A stretch of 64,000 bases of DNA from an uncultured Planctomycetota bacterium (GTDB lineage: Bacteria > Planctomycetota > Planctomycetia > Isosphaerales > Isosphaeraceae), in the NCBI GenBank assembly GCA_963823665.1, contig CAWGMQ010000006.1, positions 512,001 to 576,000 on the forward strand, written 5' to 3'. The position numbers were made by a program, and so were the translations under genes. The first letter of the stretch is position 1, and each line of letters opens with the position of its first letter. Shown piece after piece: positions 8,970 through 18,300 of the stretch. The notes beneath the pieces are model-generated. The model saw nothing but the letters and a program-made list of their open reading frames with translations, was not told the origin of the DNA and searched no databases.

Positions 8970-10822
8970 GTACGATATCGGTCCCGGATCATTGAGCGCC
9001 AGGCGCGCCCGTCGATGTCCCGGATCGTTACGGCTCCGCCGGGTTGATGCCCGGCGGCGAGATAACGGCCGTCGGGGCTGAAGCCGTACAGCCTGGCATC
9101 GCGCACGCCCCGGGCCCGGAACTGGTCGATTTCCTGGTCATCGAGAGCGCGGCGGACCGAGATCGCTCCATCGCGGAACCGCAGGGCGTACCGCGTCATG
9201 GTCGGATCGAAGCTGGTCGCAATGACGTCTCGGGGCCGGTGGATGACCCTGCCGGCCGGCTTGAGATCCGGCAGCGCCAGTGCGGCAATCGCCAGGTCGC
9301 GTAGCGAATCGCGCCGCGCGGCCGATCCCGTCCCCGGGGGAAGGCCCTCGAGCAGATTCGCGGCCTGGCTCACGGCCTTGAGGGTCTCGAATCGCTGGCC
9401 TTGCCGGCGGCTGAACAGCCCGTTTCGGGCTTGCGCCGTGTAGGCGTCGACCGCTCGCCACTCAGCATTCAGAGCCACGTCGTCCGAGCGGGCGCGCTCG
9501 AGCCTGAGCGCCTCGGCCTGGTTCCGAAAGACGATGGCCGCAGCCATCGCCGCGGCGGCCAGGACGATCATCAAGAGCGCCGCGGCGATGTTGGCGCCGG
9601 CCAGCCAGGGCTCGCGCCTGCACCAGCGCCAGAACCGCTCGACGGACGACACCGGCCGCGAGCGGATCGGCCGCCCTTCGACGAACCTCCGCAGCTCACT
9701 GGCCAGCTCGCCGGCCGAGCCGAACCGGTCAGCCCTGTCTTTGGCGATGGCCTTCAGGACGATCGTCTCCAGGTCGCGCGGGATGTTTCCTTCGAGCTGC
9801 CGCGGCGGCGGTGGCGGGTCATTGCGGATGCGCTCGATCAGCCGGATCTGGTCGGTCTCCTCGAACGGCGGCCGCAGCGCCAGCAGCTCATACAGCGTCG
9901 CGCCGAGAGAATAGACATCGCCTCGACGTTCCGACGTTCCCCGGAATCGCTCCGGCGCCATGTAGCGGAGCGTCCCGACCAGCTCGCGCGATTGCGAGGG
10001 GTCGGTGCTCTCCTCGAGTTTCGCCAGGCCGAAGTCGGTGACCCATATGTTGCCCATTGCGTCCAGAAGCAGATTCGACGGCTTGATGTCGCGATGCAGC
10101 ACGCCGCGACGGTGGGCGTACTCCAGGGCGTCGGCCACCTGCACGCCGAGTCTGGCGATCTCGCGGTAGTATCGCAGCTCACGCAAGCCGCCCAGCGATG
10201 ATGATTCGAGCGTCGACGGCTGACGGCCATCGCACTCTTCCAGCCCTGGCTCCCGATCGCCCGCGCGCATCGCATCGGCAGCCGGAGCCTCCTCGCCGCC
10301 GGCGGTGCTCGCGGTGGTCGTGAGATCCGGGTCCGTCGCCGCGGCGACGCGACCGGTCAACAGTCCTCTCGCGGCGGCCGTGGCCGGGATGGTGATGATC
10401 CCATCGGGGACGATGAGACTCTCGGCGTGCGTGTCGTCTTCACGCAGATGACGGATGTCGGCCAGGACACGGTCCAGGGGCTGACCCTCGATGAACTGCA
10501 TGGCGTAATAGCAGACCCCATCCTGTTCGCCGTAATCGAAGACGCCGACGATATTGGTATGGTGCAGCCCGGCCGCCAGGCGGGCCTCGGCGTGGAACCG
10601 CCGCGAGTATTTCGAGTCGGCCCGGAACCGCGGCTGCATGACCTTGAGCGCGACCCGGTTCTTGAGCGATTCGTGCTCGGCCTCGTACACGACGCCCATT
10701 CCCCCGCCGCCGACCCGGCGGCGGATGAGGTAGTCACCGAGTCGTTCCGGCGACGGGCTAGCGTCTCCGGATTCGCTCGCGAACGTGCTGTATCTCGAGG
10801 GTGGTGTGAGGCTGCCGCTCAA
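8930..10822 (-). CDS. Membrane Ser/Thr protein kinase catalytic domain + TM helix (middle part of gene 6657-11009)
   Basis: VGGGGMGVVY, HRDIKPSN, DFGLAK, YMAPE, RDLETIVLK, RWCRR and then a hydrophobic helix. Confidence 0.92.
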   Translation of the reverse strand: MSGSLTPPSRYSTFASESGDASPSPERLGDYLIRRRVGGGGMGVVYEAEHESLKNRVALKVMQPRFRADSKYSRRFHAEARLAAGLHHTNIVGVFDYGEQDGVCYYAMQFIEGQPLDRVLADIRHLREDDTHAESLIVPDGIITIPATAAARGLLTGRVAAATDPDLTTTASTAGGEEAPAADAMRAGDREPGLEECDGRQPSTLESSSLGGLRELRYYREIARLGVQVADALEYAHRRGVLHRDIKPSNLLLDAMGNIWVTDFGLAKLEESTDPSQSRELVGTLRYMAPERFRGTSERRGDVYSLGATLYELLALRPPFEETDQIRLIERIRNDPPPPPRQLEGNIPRDLETIVLKAIAKDRADRFGSAGELASELRRFVEGRPIRSRPVSSVERFWRWCRREPWLAGANIAAALLMIVLAAAAMAAAIVFRNQAEALRLERARSDDVALNAEWRAVDAYTAQARNGLFSRRQGQRFETLKAVSQAANLLEGLPPGTGSAARRDSLRDLAIAALALPDLKPAGRVIHRPRDVIATSFDPTMTRYALRFRDGAISVRRALDDQEIDQFRARGVRDARLYGFSPDGRYLAAGHQPGGAVTIRDIDGRAWRSMIRDRYRTCERSSSPRMAGG

Positions 10823-11009
10823 AGTCGCCGAGCTGCTCCAGCTCGACCAGCGCCGGAATCAACTCGCGAATCCGTGCGGCCAGCTCCGGGTGGCGTGCCA
10901 TCAGCTCGGTCAGTGCCGGCCGTTCTCCACGACGGAACCGGTCCAGAAACGACTCGACGACCGGTCCCAGGGGATCGTCGTCCGGCGGTTCCATCGATCC
11001 GCCATTCAT
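10758..11009 (-). CDS. N-terminal segment of the ECF-coupled kinase (frameshift near 10822)
   Basis: ATG at 11009 overlaps the ECF stop (ATGA) and has a GGAGG RBS. It encodes ESFLDRFRRGERP..HPELAARIRELIP, an N-terminal module I recognise from planctomycete kinases downstream of ECF sigmas. Confidence 0.8.
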   Translation of the reverse strand: MNGGSMEPPDDDPLGPVVESFLDRFRRGERPALTELMARHPELAARIRELIPALVELEQLGDFERQPHTTLEIQHVRERIRRR

Positions 11010-11638
11010 GACCATTCCTCCTTCGGCCCGTCCGGCAAGACGGAGAGAATGTCCTTGAGGCGTCCCAGGGCCCGCAGGTAGCGCTTGGTAGCCGCCGACT
11101 CGCCTAGCCCGAGCACCCGCGCGCACTCGCCGTTGGTGAGCTGCTCGAAGTGGCGCAGGACCAGGACTTCGCGGTCGATCGCTTCCATGCGCTCGAGCAC
11201 TTCCAGCAAACGTCGCTTGCGCTCGGCCCGGATGGCCACGTCGCTCGCCCGGGTGTCGCGGCCCAGAAGCTGGGCCGCGAGTGCCGCCGAGCTCGCCGCG
11301 GGAACCGTCGCGGTGTTGATCGAAACGTCACGACCGGCATCTCGCGATTTCGCTCCGAGCTGCTGGCGGTGCACGATCTGCAACCGCTGGAGCGTGAGGA
11401 ACCTGAGCCACAAGAACGGCGGCATCCGATCAGACTGGTCTGTGTATTCCGGTCGCCGCTCCGTGGCCTCAAGGAATGCCTCCTGGATCACGTCCGAAGG
11501 GTCGATGCGGCCGCGCAGCCGCTGGTCCAGCCGCAGCGCGACCATCCGCCGCAGGCGCTTGCGGTGCGCCGATAGAAACTGACCCCACCTGGCGCGGTCC
11601 TCGCCCCTGGAGTCGCCTGCGGCATCGTTCGTGTCCAT
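11006..11638 (-). CDS. RNA polymerase sigma-70 factor, ECF subfamily (planctomycete kinase-associated type)
   Basis: Sigma2 LRRMVALRLD..RIDPSDVIQEAF..FLWLR and sigma4 DREVLVLRHFEQLTNGECARVLGL..KRYLRAL. Likely start ATG 11638; the ORF track extends to 11716. Confidence 0.93.
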   Translation of the reverse strand: MDTNDAAGDSRGEDRARWGQFLSAHRKRLRRMVALRLDQRLRGRIDPSDVIQEAFLEATERRPEYTDQSDRMPPFLWLRFLTLQRLQIVHRQQLGAKSRDAGRDVSINTATVPAASSAALAAQLLGRDTRASDVAIRAERKRRLLEVLERMEAIDREVLVLRHFEQLTNGECARVLGLGESAATKRYLRALGRLKDILSVLPDGPKEEWS

Positions 11639-11648
11639 GATGGTTAAG

Positions 11649-11675
11649 ACTGCGCGCGGACACCGATTCGGGACA
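11649..11675 (-). promoter_or_regulatory. Putative ECF-dependent autoregulatory promoter TGTCCCG-N13-GCGCAGT
   Basis: Minus strand reads ttttttct-TGTCCCG-aatcggtgtccgc-GCGCAGT-cttaaccatc-ATG. The same motif and spacing recur at 15212-15238. Confidence 0.65.
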
Positions 11676-11740
11676 AGAAAAAAGCCGCATGAGCATTTTC
11701 TCAACAATATTATCAAATTGCGACCTGAATCTCGCTTGCT

Positions 11741-11768
11741 TGTCTGGCTTCGGTTCTCTCTCAGCAGT
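11741..11768 (+). promoter_or_regulatory. Degenerate copy of the same promoter motif (TGTC-N19-GCAGT) upstream of the divergent kinase
   Basis: TGTCtggcttcggttctctctcaGCAGT; the spacer is 1 nt longer than in the other two copies. Confidence 0.35.
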
Positions 11769-11836
11769 ATGCTCTAGCGCGACCGCGCTTCGGCCGGCGG
11801 AGCGAGGGACATTCACCCGCGGCGTGGAGCATCGCC

Positions 11837-13210
11837 ATGAACGAACAACTCGAGCCCGGCCTGTCGCTGCCAACGGAACCGAACGAAACCGTCGACGTGA
11901 TCCCGGACGATCGAACCACACCGCCCACCGAAGAAATGCCGCCGGAGGGGCCGAAATCTCGCGAGCCGCGCGGCGCACGAATCGGGCCGAACCTGCCGGG
12001 CTACGAGATCCTCGAGGTGATCGGCCGTGGCGGCATGGGGGTCGTGTACAAGGCACTGCATACGCGCCTCGACCGCCTGGTCGCTTTGAAGATGGTGCTG
12101 GCCGGTGCCCACGCCTCGCCCGAGGAGCTCGCGCGGTTCTCCATTGAATCGCAGGCTGTCGCGCAGCTCCAGCATCCGGGGATCGTCCAGATCTACGAGG
12201 TGGGCGAGCATGATGGCCTGCCGTATTTCTCGCTCGAGTTTGTCTCCGGCGGCAGCCTCGCGCACAAGATCGGCGGAAAGCCGCAGCCGACGCGCGAGGC
12301 CGCGGGGATGGTGCACGAGCTCGCCCTGGCCGTTCGCGAGGCGCACCGGCGCAACATCATCCACCGCGACCTGAAGCCGGCCAACGTGCTCCTGACCCCG
12401 GACGGACGGCCCAAGATCACCGACTTCGGCCTGGCCAAGCGATTGGACTCCGACTCGGAACAGACCCACACCGGTGCGATCATGGGGTCGCCAAGCTACA
12501 TGGCCCCCGAGCAGGCCTGGGGCCAGACCCACGAGATCGGACCCCGCACCGACGTGTACGCCCTGGGCGCGATCCTCTACGAGATGCTCGTCGGCCGCCC
12601 GCCGTTTCAGGGTGCCTCGCCGATCGAGACCATCGAGCTGGTCCGGACCGAGGAACCGGTGCCTCCAACCCGCTTGCAGCCGAAGATTCCCGTCGACCTC
12701 GAAACAATCTGCCTGAAATGCCTGCAGAAAGATCCTGCCAGGCGGTATTCCGACGCGAATTCACTTGCCGAAGACTTGCAACGATTCCTTGAGGACAGGC
12801 CGATTCTGGCACGTCCCGTGGGGACCGCCGAGCGACTGGCACGATGGTGCCGCCGCAACCCGAAGGTCGCCCGGCTCACCGCGACGGTCGCCGGGCTCCT
12901 GGTCCTGGTCGCCGCCGTGATGACCTACGCCGCCGTTTCGCTCAACCGGGCGAATGGACAGCTCGAGGCATCGATTAAAACCGAGTCGGCCGCGCGGAAG
13001 GCGGCCGAGACTAGCGAGCACGCCGCGCTCAAGGCGCGTGACGACGAGGCCGTTGCGCAAGGCAGAGAGCGAGGCGAGAGCGAAAGCCGAGAAGCTCGTC
13101 GCGGTCGCCCTGCTGCTGAACAGGAACGCACTGAATTCCACGCGGACCATCAGCGTCTTGACCCTCAAGCGGCTTCGCGATTTCCCGGGCAGCCAGGATC
13201 TGCGGGATGA
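11837..13210 (+). CDS. Membrane Ser/Thr protein kinase, N-terminal part (frameshift near 13055)
   Basis: IGRGGMGVVY, HRDLKPAN, DFGLAK, YMAPE, DLETICLKCLQKDP, RWCRRNP and a TM helix; GGAG RBS. Confidence 0.93.
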   Translation: MNEQLEPGLSLPTEPNETVDVIPDDRTTPPTEEMPPEGPKSREPRGARIGPNLPGYEILEVIGRGGMGVVYKALHTRLDRLVALKMVLAGAHASPEELARFSIESQAVAQLQHPGIVQIYEVGEHDGLPYFSLEFVSGGSLAHKIGGKPQPTREAAGMVHELALAVREAHRRNIIHRDLKPANVLLTPDGRPKITDFGLAKRLDSDSEQTHTGAIMGSPSYMAPEQAWGQTHEIGPRTDVYALGAILYEMLVGRPPFQGASPIETIELVRTEEPVPPTRLQPKIPVDLETICLKCLQKDPARRYSDANSLAEDLQRFLEDRPILARPVGTAERLARWCRRNPKVARLTATVAGLLVLVAAVMTYAAVSLNRANGQLEASIKTESAARKAAETSEHAALKARDDEAVAQGRERGESESREARRGRPAAEQERTEFHADHQRLDPQAASRFPGQPGSAG

Positions 13211-14525
13211 GCTGGTCAGGACGTCGGTGAAAGAACTGCACGCCAACATGGAAGGCATGGACCAGCTCGGAGCCGTCGGCGCCCACGACAAGGAGGCGGC
13301 GGCGACAGCCACCCGGACGCTCGCCGGGATCTACCAGCAGGCGGCAGGACTGATGGATGATTTCGGACGCTACGACGAGGCCATGCGGTATCTTCGCCAG
13401 ATGGACGACCTGGCCGAATCGCTGGCAGCGAGCAATCCCGGACAGATCCAGGCCAAAAGGCTCCTGGCGATCAGCAAGCTCACGATCGGCCAGTTCGAGA
13501 TGAACCGGTTCGGCGACTCGAAGGCCGCGCTCAAACACCTTCAGCAAAACCTGGAGCTCCGCCGGGAGTACCTGGCAGCCAAACCGGGAGACGACCCGGC
13601 CAAGGATGGGGTCTGCAACGCGCTCGGTGAGCTCGCGCGGGTCTGGTTGAAGCTGGGGAATCCCGGCAAGGCGAGCTCCTACTACAAGGAGGAGATCAAG
13701 CTGCGTGGTGAGATCGGGGTGAAGCTGGCCGGGCAAATCGAATTCCGCCGTCAAGGCGCCGGCCTCGAGGAGAAGCTCGGCGACCTGTCTGTCGAGCTTG
13801 GCGACCAAAGCTCCGCCAAGGACCATTACGACCGCGCGCTCGAGCTCCGCGAAGAGATCGCCAGGCAAAACCCCGGCCACGACCAGGCACAGCGCGACGT
13901 GTTGCTGTCGTTTAACAAGCTCGGCACATTCTACCTGCTCCACCGCAAAAACCCGGCCACGGCCCGGGACTTCTCCGAAAAGGCGCTCGACGGGTTCGTG
14001 CAGCGGCTCAGTGCCGAGCCGGCGAGCGTCGGGGCCAAGCAAGACCTCGCCGCGACCCATTACTTCGTGGGGACCGCCGCCCTCCGCGCAGGCGACCGCA
14101 TGGCCGCCGATCGTCACTACAGCGAATACCGAACGATCTGCGAAGGGCTCGCCGGCAACCCGAAGGCGGAGCTGATCATTCGCGACCTGATGATTGCCCG
14201 CGCGCGCTGCGGCGAGCACAAGATCGCGTCCCAGACCGCAGAGGAACAGATCAAGTCACCCCCGCTCGACGTGCGGGTCTATTACTATGCCGCCTGCGCT
14301 TTCTCCCTCTGCGCCGGCGCCGTGGCCGAGGAGCCGGCCTCGCCGGAGACGCAGGCTCTTGCCAGAAGTTATACCGAGAGCGCCTTCAAGTCGCTTCGCC
14401 TGGCCCTCAAGGCCGGCTGGGAGGGCGTGGTCGACGTCGAGACCGACCCCGATCTCGACGCGATCCGCAACGCCCCCGGGTTCAATGCCATCGTCGCAGA
14501 GTTCCGCAAGGCCGCCGGCAAGTGA
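12954..14525 (+). CDS. TPR region: C-terminal part of kinase gene 11837-14525
   Basis: TPR-like helices and a terminal YYAACAFSLC..LRLALKAGW..ETDPDLDAIR motif. Becomes the coding frame from about 13055. Confidence 0.85.
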   Translation: MDSSRHRLKPSRPRGRRPRLASTPRSRRVTTRPLRKAESEARAKAEKLVAVALLLNRNALNSTRTISVLTLKRLRDFPGSQDLRDELVRTSVKELHANMEGMDQLGAVGAHDKEAAATATRTLAGIYQQAAGLMDDFGRYDEAMRYLRQMDDLAESLAASNPGQIQAKRLLAISKLTIGQFEMNRFGDSKAALKHLQQNLELRREYLAAKPGDDPAKDGVCNALGELARVWLKLGNPGKASSYYKEEIKLRGEIGVKLAGQIEFRRQGAGLEEKLGDLSVELGDQSSAKDHYDRALELREEIARQNPGHDQAQRDVLLSFNKLGTFYLLHRKNPATARDFSEKALDGFVQRLSAEPASVGAKQDLAATHYFVGTAALRAGDRMAADRHYSEYRTICEGLAGNPKAELIIRDLMIARARCGEHKIASQTAEEQIKSPPLDVRVYYYAACAFSLCAGAVAEEPASPETQALARSYTESAFKSLRLALKAGWEGVVDVETDPDLDAIRNAPGFNAIVAEFRKAAGK

Positions 14526-15211
14526 CGGCCCACGTTGAGTTCATTCCGGCTTAATCATGCCGTTTCGTGACGTTTTGAAGCTTGCATTTTTATTTCCGTC
14601 GACTTGAAATCTTGAGCGGCAAAACGTAGACTCGCACTTGTTTTGCACACGTAACGATACTTTTCTTACGTCGTCTTCGTTGTTCCGGCTGATATCCAAC
14701 GCTGTCACCGGTAGAACAACGTTCTCTTCTTTTATACCTCGGGGCCAAGGCGGCCACGAATTTCGACCGACCTGGATCGTGCCGGTTGCGAGCCGGGCTT
14801 GCCTCTTTGCCGGATCGCGGCCGTGTGATCGATATCGTCAAACGGATTGCGTCGGACAGAGTCGCGTCCGCCGCGCTCTTCAGAGAACCGGTCCCGGCGT
14901 CTGACCAGGGACCGATCGTCGTCGAGGAACTGGGCGGGGCTCAGGGAACTGATGAGCCGCGTCTCGGGTGCGAAGTCACAGAATCGCTGATGCGATGTCA
15001 CAATCGCACGCGAAACGGACATTGACCTCCAGGTAAGGCGGCCAGCAGGAAATAGATTACCGGGGATCGAAGCTTAAAGTAGCTGCGTTCTGCCACGAAA
15101 GGCAAGCACCCGGAAAAAGCGATTTTCTGGTGTACGGAGTATTCCGCCGCGCGGTTAAGAGTTCGTGGGATTGTTTCACGGAATGTCTTCCGAGGGAATT
15201 TCGATTTTTCG

Positions 15212-15238
15212 TGTCCCGGCAGTACCCCTTTGCGCAGT
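15212..15238 (+). promoter_or_regulatory. Putative ECF-dependent promoter of the giant gene, TGTCCCG-N13-GCGCAGT
   Basis: tttttcg-TGTCCCG-gcagtaccccttt-GCGCAGT, ending 113 nt before ATG 15352. Both 7-mers and the spacing match the copy upstream of the ECF gene. Confidence 0.65.
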
Positions 15239-15351
15239 TCTAGCAGTACACAGTACTCCCGATCGGAACAGCAACGAGACTGAACAAGAGATCATTGACG
15301 TCGAGATTGCATCGTGGTTTTACCTCTCCTCTCGAAGCAGAAGGTTGTACG

Positions 15352-18300
15352 ATGTCGACACCTCATGACCAGGGCGCCAGCGCGTTCCACGACGACGACC
15401 GCCGCGGACGCAGGATGAACCGGCGGCGGCGTGACGCCGCGAAGCGGAAGAAACGGAGCCCGTTCAAGCCGTTCTTCCACACCCTGGAAAAGCGAATGAT
15501 GCTGGCGACGTTTCTGGTCAGCACCGCGGCCGACTCGGGCGCCGGCTCGCTGCGGCAGGCGATCCTGAACTCGAACGCCGCACCAGGGTCGAACACGATC
15601 GACTTCGGCATCGGCACGGGCGCCCAGACGATCTCGCTGTTGTCGGCCCTGCCGAACATCACCGTCCCGGTCCTGATCGACGGCACGACGCAGCCGGGAT
15701 ACACCACCGCTCCGCTGATCGATCTCGACGGCACGGGCGCGGGCAGCAGTGCGAGCGGGCTGGATCTTGCCGCCGGCTCCGGCGGCAGCACGATCCGCGC
15801 CCTCGTGATCGATAACTTCGCGGCCGACGGGATCGTGATCACGACGACCGGCAACATCGTCCAGAGATCCTATATCGGTACCAACGCCGCGGGCACCGCT
15901 GTGGGCAGCCAGGCGATGACCTACGGTATTGTCGACACGGCCGGGAGCAACAACACGATCGGCGGTACGACGGCGGGCGCGGGCAACCTGATCTCGGGCA
16001 ACTCCGAGGGCATTCTCCTTCAGAACGCCCTCGCTTCGGACAACCTGGTCGTGGGCAACCTGATCGGCACCGACATTACGGGCAAGGTCGCGCTGCCAAA
16101 CTTGCAGGGTGTTGGTGTGTTCGGCGCGCCCGGCAACACGATCGGCGGTACGACCTCTGGCGCGGCCAATTTGGTCTCCGGCAACAGCAACTTCGGAGTC
16201 GTTATCTCAGGTGGGCAGAGCACCGGTAACATCATCGCGGGTAACAAGATCGGTACCGACATCACAGGCACCCTCGCGCTATCCGATAGCCACGGTGTCG
16301 AAATCGCCAACGGGGCGACCAACAACACGGTCGGCGGCCTGACTGGAACCCCCGGTACCGGGGCGGGTAACCTCATCTCGGGCAACACCGCCGCCGGCGT
16401 TTACATGGGCATGGAGTCGGGTAACGTCGTTGCCGGCAACCTGATCGGCACCGACATCACCGGCGCCCACGCGCTGTCGAACGACTTCGGAGTGTATTTC
16501 GATATCGACACCACGAACAACACGGTCGGCGGTACGGCCGCGGGCGCGGGCAACCTGATCTCGGGCAACGTCGACGGAATCGACAACGCTACGACCGATG
16601 TCATCGCCGGCAACAAGATCGGCACCGACATCACCGGTACCGTCGCGCTGCCGAACACGACGTTTGGCGTGATTTTGGTCTCGAACAGCACGATCGGCGG
16701 TACGGCCGCGGGCGCGGGCAACCTGATCTCAGGCAATAAGACCGGAATCCTGGCCTTCGGCGGCGCCAACTTGATTGAAGGCAATCTCGTCGGTACCAAC
16801 GCGACCGGGCTGACCGCCCTCGGTAACACCCAGGACGGGATCGACGTCAAATCTTCGGCCGAAACCATCGGCGGTACGGCCGCCGGCGCGGGCAATACGA
16901 TCGCGTTCAATACCGACGACGCAGTCAACGTGATTACCGGCACCGGAGACGCGATCCTCGAAAACTTGATCTACAGGAACGGCTCGGGCATCGTCCTCGC
17001 CTCGGGCGCAAACAACAATCAGATCGCCCCGGTCATCACCGGTGTCACGTCGGAGGCTACGGCAGCGACCGCCTCCCAGACGAGCATCTCGGTGGATCTG
17101 ACCGCGGCGGGGTTCACATCCGGCTCAACTTATTCGCTCGACTTTTTCGCGAGCGGTTTGGGTGATCCCTCGAGCGGGGTCCAGGCCCACGTCTACCTGG
17201 GAACCCAGACATTCACGGGGGGTGCCACGGGTAACGTCATGTTCACGTTGCCCATGCCGCTGTTGTCGGCAACCGAGACGGTCACGGCGACGGCGACGCT
17301 CCTGGCTGGGTCGACGTTCACCGATACCTCGAGTTCTGCCACGGCCGCCGCGGTCGCCGAGATTTCCAACATCACAGTCACCACGACGGCCGCAACCGGC
17401 GTTGGCTCTCTCGAACAGGCGATCCTGGACGCCAATGCCGACACCACCCTTCCCATGCCCTACACGATCACGTTCGCGATCACGCCCGGGAGCGCTCCCT
17501 TTACGATCACCCTGCCATCAGGCGGGTTGACTTCGCTCACACGCTCCGTCGCGCTCGACGCGACCAGCCAATCGGGCTACACCGGCTCGCCGATCATCGT
17601 GTTGAACGGGACCGGGGTTTCGGGAAGCGGGCTGGTCCTGAGCACTGGGTCCGACGGCAGCCTGGTCAGGGGATTCGACATTATCGATTTCACTCGCTTG
17701 GGCATGGACGGTATTGACATCGATTCAAGCGGCAATGCCGTGCAGGCCAGCTACGTGGGCGTGCAAACAGGCGGAAGTACTTCGGCCGAGGACAAAGATG
17801 GCGTATTGATCAACGGCTCGAACAACACGATCGGCGGTACGACGCCACATGCGGGCAATCTGATTTCTGGCAACAACAACCCCGCCGGCACCACCGAAGG
17901 CATCGGCGTCGAGATCAACGGCTCGAGCGCGACCGGCAATACGGTCGAAGGCAACCTGATCGGCACCGACATTACGGGCATCCTCGACCTGCCCAATTAC
18001 ATCGGCGTATACATCGCTACCAGCGCCTCGGGCAACACCATTGGCGGCAGCACGGCGGCCGCCCGCAACGTCATCAGTGGCAACACTGTCGACGGCGTCT
18101 TCGTGGACCTTGCCGGCGGTAATCTGATCGAGGGCAACCTGATCGGCACCGACGTGACCGGGTCCGTCGCGCTGGGCAACCTGGGTGACGGCGTCGAGCT
18201 CCAAGGCTCCAACAACGATACCGTCGGCGGCACCACCGCCGCGGCCCGCAACGTCATCAGCGCCAGCGGCCAGTTCAACCTGTACATCGTCTACTCCGCC

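Noticed and set aside
14732..15022. 96-aa minus-strand ORF with GGAGG just upstream
   Set aside because: The RBS spacing is only 3 nt and the translation has no recognisable protein features; treated as intergenic.
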